Source of the DNA: Antedon mediterranea
Taxonomy: Eukaryota > Animalia > Echinodermata
Direction: 5' to 3'
DNA: 64,000 bases
NCBI RefSeq assembly: GCF_964355755.1
Contig: NC_092670.1
Coordinates: 35,328,388-35,392,387, forward strand
The position numbers and the translations under genes were made by a program. A model generated the notes under the pieces. The model did no database searches, had not been told where the DNA came from, and worked only from the letters and a program-made list of their open reading frames with translations. Positions 51,601 through 62,004 of the stretch are shown piece after piece (positions within the stretch are counted from its first letter, which is position 1; every line of letters starts with the position of its first letter).

Positions 51601-54600
51601 GTAATATTAAGATGTGCACATTAGCCAATCAACGTTGAGATATAGATGCTATTCTCTATGGCGGTTTTATGCGACAAAGTGGAGACGTTAATGATATCAT
51701 GAACGGTGGCGTATCGGATAACCCCTGAAGCAGCAGTGCCCAGGGGAAAGACATTAAAATATGTCAAAAAATGTTAAAAACGCCCGAGGCCTCCAACGAT
51801 GGAGGGCCCTCGTGTCTCTACGTTAGGCCACTGATAATGGATCTCTAGTCCATGATCAGATCACCAAACACAAGTGTTCGTATGTAATCCCACATCCCTT
51901 ATTATAACTCGCAAGGGTCTGGTTTTCCTCCACTGTCTACTGGACGCTTGAAAATATTATATTATTATTAGACATATTAGTATTATATAATCATTTATTT
52001 ATTAACTGTTTGAGCTTTCTGTCTTTTATAAATCAATAATAGCAATATCAAATTAGTAAATCATATGTATGCAGTAACTACCGTTCAGTTTTATTGATGA
52101 TGAAACAAGTGCGTAGTTAGTTAATTAGAGCATACTTGTCTGTTTTAAATAGCATTACATGCAATTAATTATATGTAGCTGATCATTAGTGCACGTTTGA
52201 AGTGACCGCCGCTTACGACCGACTTGGGATAACAGAGTATATGACAACTGTTTATTACTTGTTTATGATTTTTGTCGAATTGATTAGGCGGAAAGAAATT
52301 ACCTCGTAACACAGTTCTACAAAAATTATGATTCCTATCAATGCTAAAACATAATTATTAAATACTCGATTGTTATTTTATCATTAATGTAAAACTTTAA
52401 AGTATTATATTAATATTAGTATGGTTTGGCGCCTTTAGCTTTAGCCGTACAGCCGCTTATGTCATTAATTATTATTATTCTATGACTTAAATGGTACCAT
52501 GATTATTATTACGATTACTAAAAATAGCAATTACCGAACTTTCTAGACCTAAAATGACTGTTGAATTATAATTTATTGGTGTGAATGTCACGTGTGTTAA
52601 TGGTTGTCATTATTTTTAGAACATCAAAAGGCATATAACTGTCGAAATAACATAAGTTATAGTCCTCTACTTTAATGTCGCACCATCCTAAAAAACTTTG
52701 TGATCTGAATGTTCTGAGGGAAATGGATAAAACGACGTCTTCAAACTATAAACCATTTGAGGGCGCTTATTCATGCTAAAATTGGTGACGTAATTAATAT
52801 TTTCAGTTAACATTTTAAATTTTTTTTTAATTAACAAACGCTAATTATAAGCATAAATTAAACAAACGGTTTATTTATTTATACCTAACTCGTTTTTAAA
52901 CATCTGTTCTCCATTTAACTCTTATATAACATAAATATAATACTTATTTTGTATCGTCTTATTCAAAATTATTAGTCTTTTTTTCTTTTTTCTTCCTCAG
53001 AAAAGCAATTAAAGCAACCGCTGTTTTAACACCACTGTTGGGAGTGTGTAACCTCACGTATTTAATAACCCCAAATTCTGAAGCACATGAGCAGTCTAAG
53101 GTACAAATAGTGTTCAATCACTGTATCATAAAGCTGCCACCTGCTATACAAGGCTTTATTGTGGCGTTGCTGTACTGTTTTCTTAATGGAGAGGTGAGTT
53201 CATAGCCTAAAATATCGAATCTAGGCCTATAATTATCGTGACTGATTACACAGTTTTGTTTTCGGCCGAAAATAAAGAAGATGGAAATATGAATACGCAT
53301 GCGCATAAGCCATCTAATGGAAAAAAGCATTAACTACTAGTCAAAAAGTTTTACCTCGTTTTAAGTAACAATTATATTTTTATTAAAAAATTATTTCTGT
53401 CTTATTCTATATTATTCAATAATGTAGCCTGTTTGATGTGCAATATAACATGAGTATTTATATATATTTTCCTAGAAAAGCAAGTCCAAAGGAGGATCTT
53501 AAATGTTATATTATCCCATAAATCAGGCAATATTTTTAATTAATTTCGTCATCAACCAAGTTACTGCCCATGAAAGGATATCTGTTTGCTTTTAGGTGCT
53601 AGCCATTTTGCGGAGGCGATGGTCAAGTTGGCGATTACACCGGATCAGTGGTAACACAGTGCGTCGAACTTCAGCCTCAGTTTTCACCACTCTTACAGAC
53701 GTAAGTGGGGTAGCCTTCCTCCTAGTTGATATAACTTAGCTCCTTGATATAATATTTAAATCAAAATATGTTCTTCAAATCCTTGCTTTTATATGGCGAA
53801 ACACTATCTAGTATAGAATATCACGACTTGCATTAGGCCTTAGAAAGCATGAGTAATTTCTATCCTGTCACGTGTGAAAAAAAATAAACAAAAAAAAAAA
53901 CAAAAGAAAAAAACAACAAAAAACAACAGAAACAAACAACAACAAAAAAACAACAGAATATTTGTTTGTATTTTAAATATTTATTGTGTAACTTATATAA
54001 AGTTTATTGGATTTATAATGATAATATTTTGTTGTGTTTTACCATGAGATTGAGAATCTGTAATCTATAGTCTCGGCATGTAGACTTCCTAAGACACGGT
54101 ACTTACTCGAATATGTGCCTTGAAGATTATTCAACCAATCATCGTCACTGATGAAAAATAAACATTTTTGTTAGAGTTGAGTACTGTTTGTAAGCGACAG
54201 CCAACAGCACTTTGTGAAATATGTAATCATCCCTAAAAAACTTATTTCGGTCGTGGTTAGTAGTTCACCACGAAGAACATACCCACTCGATTAACTACAC
54301 CTCTTGTCTGTGGTGGTTCAGGCGTCTTTATAAAACAAATATTAATTATGTGTTATGGAAAATTATACAGTAGTATTTTGAATATTTCCAATTTCCGTTC
54401 CTTAAGCTTGGTTCCCAATAGCGAGGCAACGCAGCGATGTATCGACGCAAAGTGCTGTATTGCGTAATCACAAGTGGGAACCGACGACGCAATAGTGCTG
54501 CAAATATCGCAGGTTTGATTTCACGCAGGCGGGGGCAAACACAATTATTAGAAGGGCATTTGCTTACGTTGCGTAAGCTTGGTTCCCACTAGAACGTAAC

Positions 54601-57600
54601 GCAAGGACGTAAACGCAACGCAAGCGTTTTAACCAATGACAAGCGAAGTTATAGACAGTTAGCAATCACAAGTCAATTCACTTGCGTTGCATTACGTCCT
54701 TGCGTTGCGTTGCTAGTGGGAACCACGCTTTAGATTGCGTTACGTTGCGTCGCTAGTGGGAACCACGCTTTACTAGTGAACCGTAGCACATGACGTGAGC
54801 AACGCACTCTGGGTCTCATTCCAGAGGGTACGATATAGGTCCATCGATCAATTCCTATATCTCAGGCTCTAATATATTGTTTCAAATTACTTACCAACTA
54901 ATTTTACTAATAGCTATTTGTGTAAAAATATGTCATGTTGAATGAACAGTATATACGTTAGTAACATTTATTCTAAATGTCGTGTCACTTTTAATTCAAC
55001 TTTATCCGTATTAAAATTTATGTTGTGTGCTATTTATTTTCAGTGGGAACTCATTTATCAGTACAGTATTTATCTACTATAGGCCTACACAGATAGTTCT
55101 ATATTTAAGAATTAAGTAAATCCGTTCATAGAGGTATAAACCACCATGATCCGATGAAATAGAAAGTGTGCAGTCATTTTGACTTTTTGTACTTAAAGGA
55201 ACGTGGCCTTTTCTTTATAGGAGGGTTTATAATATTCGGGTATTGTTTTCAAAGAAATGGATTTAAAATGAATGACCGATCGTATTGGCCGCGTAATAGT
55301 ACTTTTTCCATTTTGTCGTGTACGAAAAAAAAATCTTCTCGCGTACGAAAAGAAAAATCTGCATGAAATCCAATAGCAGCGACTCGCACGACGCGTTCAC
55401 AACAACAAGATCGTAACAATGCATGGCAATGACAAGAATCTATTTAAGTAGATGATATATAAAACAATAGAATTTCATCTTTCACCTCATGAAATTATTT
55501 GTACAATCGCACTTACACACATTTAATTTTGTATAACATAAAAAAAACTTTTGGAATAGTTATATAACTTAATTTCATATTTTTATTGAAGGACACTGAA
55601 GCTACAGGAGCACGCCGCGCAAGTGCTCGCCAGACCTATGTAAGTTTACATTATGTATTCCAGGCAAAAAAAATGTGTTGCACTTAAAAATTGTATTGTT
55701 CTGTTGTGTTACATTGATATAATAGAAAATAGAAAAAAAATGGCCTAACACTTTATACTGTACTGTAAAATCATTAACATTGGTTTTTTTGCTAAATCGT
55801 TGTATTCATTCGTGTTGTATTTCATTTAAATTCGCATGGATTTAGACATAATTACTGTTAATTCTACGGTGTACCCTTTGAAATATATTTATGCTTTACT
55901 ATGCCCAAACATGGTATGCCCAGGTTTTACTATGTCCAGTAAAAAACCTTTACCCCATTTTGCTTGAAGTCTTAGGCATACAGATTAATGCTTGAATGAA
56001 ACACTGGGAGCTTCATTGTGCGTTTGTCTTGGTGACTTTAGACCAATCTTATTTTATCGTAGGCCTGGCTTGGTTTTTATAACTCATTGTGACCATGGTA
56101 CCTCCATGTTGTGACGTAGACCAATCCTTATGTAGGCTTAGTTCAGATGTGCATGTATTTAGATGCAAGCTTGACGCAAATTGATTTGCAATAATGCTAA
56201 CTAATCTTCAATGTAACTGTGTGTTGTGTTGTATATATTTGAAAGTTTGTTTCTGTTGGTCTATACGTAATGTTATCAGAACGCTTGATATCAGGAATTG
56301 GTCGATTGCATGACACGTGATACACACCAAACACTACGAATAAACAACTGGTAACGAATATGCGCATGCATGCACATGTTTACGTTGGTGGTAGTCTGGA
56401 TCCTAGGCGGAGTTTTGACTTAATATATAAACAAGATAGATAATTTGGCACATATAGCGTTTCATACGTATAATACTCTAACATAAAAAAAGACCACAAA
56501 TACAGAATTGGGGCAAGTCTACGTTATGGTAGCTTCCGCGACAACCCCAGTTGGGCACGAGTCGCGAAATCATGACGCCGGACGGTTTGGAAGACCTATA
56601 TATTCGTTACATTGTGTTACTTCTGTTTAGTGTTTTGTCGTTAAATGTTAAATTGTAAAGTACTTAATATTATTTCTGTACTGAACAGTTCACTTATGCA
56701 CAGAACAAGAAGACACCACCATCACCACCCAGGCCTAAATCTGACCTCTGGCCCATATTTTAGAACCACTACTCATCATGGTAATGTACGCATGCATTCA
56801 CCACACTAATGCATGCACGTAGTTATCACACCTTTGTATAATCCCTTTCCAAAATGACTCAATACATTAAAGCTGACCGTGTATTGTAAAAGAAAACAAG
56901 TTTGATAAGCACAAGCGGCAATATTAGCCAATTACAATATCAAAAAGCAGAGCTCATTGGAAGGATCACACCTGACTACTTTTGTGACACTAAATAAGCT
57001 CAATCCACCAATTTAAACGCTACACTTGGGAAAGGTTGGAACTTAATTTAATGCAAACTTTTAATGTCAACATGACAGAAAATTCAGTTAATTTTGCCGC
57101 CTGAATCTTTGAAGTGCAGCGCAAGTCATTCGACCAATTATAGGGAATGGATTATTAGACTTGTCACTTCTCTCCCAACTCGCGTTGTACTTAGGTCCTT
57201 GAATTGCCAGAGCCATATATTGAAAGAGTTACGGTACATATCGGTGTATATAAATAAGAAATATTTCTTACAAAAAAACGCCGCTTGACATTTTAAAATT
57301 ATTCATTATTCTTTCTTAAGATATATTAATAATTCAGACAAAATATGTTTTTGTTACCATGGAAACGTGTAACAAAATAAAAATATGTTGGTTAATCGCA
57401 AAAATACACAAAATCTAACATAGCTATTTAATTATAAATCACATCATGCCTATTTTGATGGGTGTTAGTAATCTGGTTGTATTTCATTGAATAATTGATA
57501 TTTCTGCTAATTTTCAACAGCATTTAAAAGAAGACATGTGTACCTTTCCAACAATGTATTATTTTCCAACAAATGATATTCTACTAATTAAAAAATAGCA

Positions 57601-60356
57601 TTTAAAAATCGATGGTCAATTTTGAACTTTAATGTGCTGTGTGTGTGTGACCTCAACCTGTAGGCATGCGACTGAGAGAGACTGAGAAAATTCTTCCACA
57701 GTCTGTTGATTCGCGTCAACCAATCAAAAGCCGAGAACCAAAAATCGTTCAACCGTGAGCCCTCATAGACTCTCTTTTCCCAGACGTTTTTTAGTTCCAG
57801 CTGGGACCTATAAATTATAGTCGAGTTTACAAATTCCCAAAACTGTCGGCCTTAGAACTATAGCTACCGTGATGATAAAGTTTCTTAATGAGTATGTCCT
57901 CTTGGGACATTACTGGCTGAAGCCGCGGCGCGAAAAATGAAAATAGAATTTTGCACTTGCAACTAATTTGCCGCCTTAAGACGCAAATTAAGTTCGGTTT
58001 CTAATTTGGCAGTGGAACCTAATTTGGCGTGACACCGGCCATCCGATTAATAATAATTATAAAATATTTAATTTAATATCAAAACAATCCATTTGTTCAA
58101 AGGTTTTTGTTAAAATAATTCTTTCAATAAGGCTTCCTTGCGTAAGCACGGTTGTGGTCGTACGTACGCGTGTGAACCTTTCAGTTACATAGCTAGTGTC
58201 AACCAGGCTTTAATGTACATTACAAGAAAGTATTGATTTTCTACTTAGTAAACGAACCTTACCTTTATTCTTGTAAACTCCTCCAACACAGACTATACGC
58301 TATCATTAATCGTGAATCGTTTGTTTATCGACTCAACTGTTTCATAATGGATCCCTCGGTAGTAAATAATGTTTATGCCAAGTACGTTTTCTTTTAAATA
58401 CGCTAAGCCTATTTAGTAAAACACAACATGTATTAAGTTAATTCTATGATCGGAGGAGTACTTTCTAGGCCTACTAGGTGCACCCTGAGGAGAAGAGTCC
58501 AATGAGCATAATGAACATTTCGACCCTCACTGTATCGTTCAGTAGAAGTGGTGTTTACTAGCTAGGCCTACTAGGTGCACCCTGAGGAGAAGAGTCCAAT
58601 GAGCATAATGAACATTTCGACCCTCACTGTATCGTTCAGTAGAAGTGGTGTTTACTAGCTAGGCTACTTAATATAGAACCTCCATTGCATTTCACCGTTT
58701 TTGTTAACAAAATAAAAACAATTCACTGCCTTGTAGTATTGTTATGAAAGTATAGAGCATTTTTGTGTTTGAATTTATACTGATTAGCATGTGTATGTCG
58801 TAACTGCATTTTGACTGACGTGTAACCGCCTATATTGTATTGTAATAACAGAATTGTGTTCTCTTCCCTATTAAAACCTTTTATTAAATGTAATGCATTT
58901 TTGTTTATCTGTTTGCCTTGTTTATATATAATGTTTCGTGTAATCAAATATTAAAAGTGATGAATTATACTAACTAATATTTTACTAATATTTAATATTA
59001 TTAATGCAACAATGAATGATATGCTTGTTGGTATCGATTGATTGATTGATTGATTGATTTATCGATTCTATTTTGTATTGTATATTTTTTGTGTAAAGTT
59101 CCATGGCGTGCGCGTAAACCAAATTAATATCAATCATTCGCGCGTGCAACTTTTGTAAATCTGTGTTGTGTCATTGACGATAAGATAAATGTTAATATTA
59201 AGTGACCGTATTTTTTTATCATTACATCGTTTCAAGAAACAAATTGATTTGCAACGTCTTGCTTTGTAATGTAGGTCATTATATATAGGACGACTAAAAT
59301 TGACCGGAAATAAAATTTAAACTTAAGAAAATAGATATCCAATTTAAATTATATGGATGTTTATTATTCTTAGTATTAACTTATGTTATGTTAGAAAATA
59401 TCTACAACTTACAAGGCTACCCCATATTATGTCTTATGATAATTCAATACAATATATCAACATCATATAGTATAGTAATAACCATTGTTATAATCCAGCA
59501 TGATCGTCATACCATGCCATAATATATCTAACATAATATTATCAGTAATCTTATATCATGATAACCCCCAGTTGTTTTATTTAAAACCATTATAGTTAAT
59601 AGAAATCATGCTTATCAATAACCATTAACATTTGTATATAACATATAGTATAGTAATAACCATTGTTATAATCCAGCATGATCGTCATACCATGCCATAA
59701 TATATCTAACATAATATTATCAGTAATCTTATATCATGATAACCACCAGTTGTTTTAATTAAAACCATTATAGTTAATAGAAATCATGCTTCAATAACCA
59801 TTAACATTTTTATAGTATGTTTGTCTATTATGTAACTTGCCTAATCATCATTAATATTATCGTTTTTTAACACGATTTTAATCTCTTCTATTCACAAAAT
59901 ACATTTAGGCCTACAGTTTGGAAATATTTTATATTGTTTTCTTTCATAGTGAATTCATCATCATTATCATTACATCATTACTATAACAATAATCATCACC
60001 GTCATTGTAGCGTCATCGACATCAACTTTTCCACAATCTTGTTATGAATATTTTCAATACAATCAACACAGATGTTAATATCATCATCCTGATCAATTAA
60101 CCGGTTTTAATTTAAGAGGCTATTTCATTTTATAATGAATTCGAATATTCATCAACAGTATAATCTTATGAATAATTATTCTTATTTATCCATATAATTA
60201 TTATTATTTTGATTATTACTTTTAATGTTATAGGTCCGGATGGCGACAATAAAGGATGATGACGAGCTAGACAAAATTGATGAAACAACGCCCTGTGCAC
60301 CACAACTTCACGTTGATAACCACGATAAAGAAACTAAATTAAATGGTCACGTGTAA
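39546..60356 (+). CDS. PDFR: Class B1 (secretin-family) GPCR, PDF-receptor-like; 13 coding exons, ~475 aa: join(39546..39624,41869..41982,42612..42748,44186..44289,44665..44821,47664..47817,48078..48135,48799..48868,49210..49295,53001..53193,53596..53700,55592..55639,60234..60356)
   Basis: All introns are GT-AG with matching phases (1,1,0,2,0,1,2,0,2,0,0,0). Hormone-binding domain CGVDFDSTICWPPT..CP..KC..NATW..C. 7TM motifs RTRIHKHLF, WMFIEG, FGW, CW, NIIRVLVTKLR, RKAIKA..PLLG, QGFIVALLYCFLNGEV. PDFR-type signatures, recalled from insect PDFR rather than searched: RFVELFFICLSLF, TPILCE..EYSR, AAVF, EIPRL. The class B call is secure; orthology versus a PDFR-related paralogue is not. Confidence 0.85.
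41869..41982 (+). CDS. PDFR: PDFR-like exon 2, hormone-binding domain (GAAYCGVDFDSTICWPPTLANETAVVVCPEGNPLIDTS)
   Basis: ttgacag| acceptor, |gtaagt donor, class B CxxxxDxxxCWP motif. Confidence 0.95.
42612..42748 (+). CDS. PDFR: PDFR-like exon 3 (KTAFQKCNINATWNKIPGYILQCFYDDNKEVVTHKQTDEELAAKEQ)
   Basis: ttggcag| acceptor, CAG|gtatac donor; C..N.TW..C motif of the class B ECD. Confidence 0.92.
42960..43716. mobile_element. Academ-type non-autonomous element in GPCR intron 3
   Basis: TAGTCCAGATCCCTATGT...ACATAGGGATCTGGACTA, ~55-65-bp TIRs, 3-bp TSD CCC; first 8 nt identical to the 28553 element. Confidence 0.88.
44186..44289 (+). CDS. PDFR: PDFR-like exon 4, TM1 (FLNDVAGISRFVELFFICLSLFSLIVALFVLNYF)
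   Basis: tttacag| acceptor, AG|gttagt donor; hydrophobic TM1 with SL..L..AL pattern. Confidence 0.93.
44665..44821 (+). CDS. PDFR: PDFR-like exon 5, ICL1-TM2-ECL1 (SALKCHRTRIHKHLFCALIIFEVILTITVVEELISFYKPDQCSIIKDDTIAAT)
   Basis: attcag| acceptor, |gtaagt donor; LxCxRxxIHxxLF motif. Confidence 0.95.
46560..47460. repeat. Degenerate (ATC/GTC/ACC)n low-complexity tract in intron 5
   Basis: Trinucleotide periodicity opens ORFs in most frames. Confidence 0.95.
47664..47817 (+). CDS. PDFR: PDFR-like exon 6, TM3-ICL2 (PILCETLIVVREYSRFVVFAWMFIEGHYLNGLVSAAVFGTPKFVLYYIFGW)
   Basis: taacag| acceptor, |gtaagt donor; WMFIEG and GW motifs. Confidence 0.96.
48078..48135 (+). CDS. PDFR: PDFR-like exon 7, TM4 (MSPLPFLVLWIIFMSKSVL)
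   Basis: tttcag| acceptor, |gtaagt donor; GWxxP...W of TM4; phases fit. Confidence 0.92.
48799..48868 (+). CDS. PDFR: PDFR-like exon 8, ECL2-TM5 (QCWYDYASSKYYLLVEIPRLSLLG)
   Basis: tatttag| acceptor, |gtaagt donor; CW and PRL motifs. Confidence 0.94.
49210..49295 (+). CDS. PDFR: PDFR-like exon 9, TM5-ICL3 (INIVLLFNIIRVLVTKLRQNNSGESQLVR)
   Basis: gtatag| acceptor, CG|gtaagt donor; NIIRVLVTKLR motif. Confidence 0.96.
49289..49771 (+). repeat. ~225-250-bp tandem duplication that includes the exon 9 donor site
   Basis: ttgtgcggta(a/g)gtttt.tgatc...ggccctctaataattaacctcttgtaaattcaa at ~49289 and ~49513. Confidence 0.9.
50891..50937. repeat. (GAAT)n microsatellite, probably a LINE tail (follows AATAAA)
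   Basis: about 11 units after aataaaag. Confidence 0.9.
51704..51833. mobile_element. hAT-like MITE remnant
   Basis: cggtggcgta...taggccactg ends; imperfect 8-bp TSD atcatgaa/ataatgga. Confidence 0.5.
53001..53193 (+). CDS. PDFR: PDFR-like exon 10, TM6-ECL3-TM7 (KAIKATAVLTPLLGVCNLTYLITPNSEAHEQSKVQIVFNHCIIKLPPAIQGFIVALLYCFLNGE)
   Basis: long pyrimidine tract + cctcag|, GAG|gtgagt donor; PLLG and QG..VA.LYCFLNGE motifs. Confidence 0.97.
53596..53700 (+). CDS. PDFR: PDFR-like exon 11, helix 8 and proximal tail (VLAILRRRWSSWRLHRISGNTVRRTSASVFTTLTD)
   Basis: ttttag| acceptor, |gtaagt donor; EV...RRRW helix-8 pattern, Ser/Thr-rich. Confidence 0.93.
54403..54771. mobile_element. Nested MITE pair (inner ~54575-54730 inside an outer copy with the same TIRs) in intron 11
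   Basis: aagcttggttccca occurs twice, followed by ctagtgggaaccacgctt twice. Confidence 0.85.
55592..55639 (+). CDS. Probable 48-nt cassette exon in the C-tail (DTEATGARRASARQTY)
   Basis: GC-rich island between a T-rich tract + aag| and |gtaagt; phase 0-0, open frame; contains an RRAS PKA-type site. Confidence 0.65.
56689..56763 (+). CDS. Candidate alternative C-terminal exon (FTYAQNKKTPPSPPRPKSDLWPIF*)
   Basis: ctgaacag| acceptor; phase-0 frame open to TAG at 56761; possible donor ATG|gtaatg after 56780. Confidence 0.4.
   Translation, partial: FTYAQNKKTPPSPPRPKSDLWPIF
58465..58668. repeat. 97-bp perfect tandem duplication
   Basis: ctaggcctactaggtgcaccctgagg...gtttactag x2. Confidence 0.97.
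59464..59810. repeat. ~178-bp tandem duplication
   Basis: catatagtatagtaataaccattg...accattaacattt at 59464 and 59642. Confidence 0.95.
60234..60356 (+). CDS. PDFR: PDFR-like terminal coding exon (VRMATIKDDDELDKIDETTPCAPQLHVDNHDKETKLNGHV*)
   Basis: T-rich tract + ttatag|; phase-0 frame open 40 codons to TAA; AATAAA at 60554 and 60603 downstream. Confidence 0.75.
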   Translation, partial: VRMATIKDDDELDKIDETTPCAPQLHVDNHDKETKLNGHV

Positions 60357-60442
60357 TGTTACGTGTATATATACACGTGTAAATATCCCCATGTAAATAG
60401 CCCCGTGTAAATAGCCGCTTGTAAATATCCACGTGTAAGTTA
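60346..60442 (+). repeat. Degenerate 14-bp tandem repeat starting at the stop codon, with three CACGTG E-boxes
   Basis: cacgtgtaaatatc-like units x7; CACGTG at 60348, 60374, 60430. Confidence 0.8.
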
Positions 60443-61317
60443 GCTTGCCTGCTTCCAAACGTTTTAACAATTCTCATTACCTTATCTTGCTTTCTGGAAA
60501 ACGAAAGGAAATTATTATGAAAAACGTTACGTGATTTGCTTCCAGAAACTGAGAATAAATGACGATAAAGCTTCTTACTATTTATGCGTCGACAGTTGGG
60601 ACAATAAATATGAACACTACTTGAAACTTTAGAACATTGGACGTTTTTAAACATGTGTATAAAATCGTAGAAATGCTACGCTCAAAACGGTAAAGTCGTA
60701 ATGTTCGATACGAAAGCATATAATTTTTTAATGTAACGGGTTACAGTTTGGTACTGCTATTTATATTATTATGATATAATATTCTTAGAATTGCGAAGTT
60801 ATGAACAGATTATTGTGCATCAAAGTATGTTGTCGCGACAGAGTAATTATGAAGTATTTTAACTTAAATAACGAATGTTTCGTAACTATGTAACAAAATG
60901 TAGATATGTTTTTAACAGAAACTTTTAATGTACATTTAAATATATTATTGTAAAAAGCTATTGTTAATGTTCTCAGATCGAATGTTGTGCTCGTATAATA
61001 GACAAATCTTGATTTATATTGTGGTATTTTAATCGTGTAAATGATACAGAATGTACACAAAAATAGTTGGACCTCAGTATCTTCAAGTGCACAAAATAGT
61101 AATAAAACAACTCATCAATTCTCCAGTTGGCTATTAGATGTTAGACATTTGATATTGATATTGCCGAACACGTTTGAGCGATTTTCTATAAAAAGTAAAA
61201 CGATTGTGTTTTTGTTTATATATTGTAGAGAGTATTCGAGACGTTTACATTTCAGGTATAGTAATAATAGTTCCATTGTTGCGATTAAATAAGAAATAAT
61301 GAGTTGAAAAGAAATAA

Positions 61318-61372
61318 TGAAGATGGGCTGGTCTATTCAACGAGGCAGAGCCGAGTTGAATAAACCATCTTC
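61318..61372. repeat. Hairpin-forming dispersed-repeat fragment
   Basis: gaagatgg..tattcaac..gg-cagag-cc..gttgaata..ccatcttc. Confidence 0.6.
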
Positions 61373-62004
61373 TTACTAATTCCATTCATAAACATTCATT
61401 ATTTGTACACTGTGCTAAATTATTTCATTAAATGTATCTATCCTTTAGTCTATCTTGGTTTAGGCTGTCTGTATTATTCAGCTTAAAATAATTAATTTCC
61501 TATGCCAGATGACCGAATTTATAAAATCGGTCTTTAGAATAAATTTATTGTTATTTTTATTACTATAAAGCGTTGCTTTAAATTATAGACCACCATTTCG
61601 TGGATACAACATGTTATATTCATTTGATGGTTTATTATACAGTATAGGCCTACTACACTGTAGCATGAAGTGAAGTAAGCCTACTAATGCATTACCAAAT
61701 TCAATCAATGTTCAGTAGTATTATTTATTACTTGTGTGAATTCGGTTATGCCTGACTAGTTTTAAGATATACATATTTTAATACGTAACTGAATGGTGCT
61801 TTGTGTAGTCTTATAAGTTATATTAAACTTAAAAAATACATTATGATTCTGTACCATGGAGACAATTTGGTATAAATTATATTACAATCATTTGTTTAAC
61901 TGTTTGTCATGAACCAGATAAACTATTAACTAGGAATTTTGATTTACAGACCAGATAAATAGAGTTCCAAAGATATATGCCTGTTCAACTGAAATGGTTG
62001 CAAT

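Noticed and set aside
55044-55082. Acceptor tttcag| followed by WELIYQYSIYLL* as another terminal exon
   Set aside because: AT-rich, contains TACAGTA and abuts TAGGCCTA footprint-like words; only the acceptor supports it
58465-58668. 97-bp duplicated unit as a snoRNA or ribozyme pair
   Set aside because: No properly ordered C/D or H/ACA boxes, and no GAAA after CTGAGGA; simple tandem duplication
60540-60660. SECIS element that could explain the upstream TGA codons
   Set aside because: ATGA...AAA words are present, but I could not form helix II or the GA quartet
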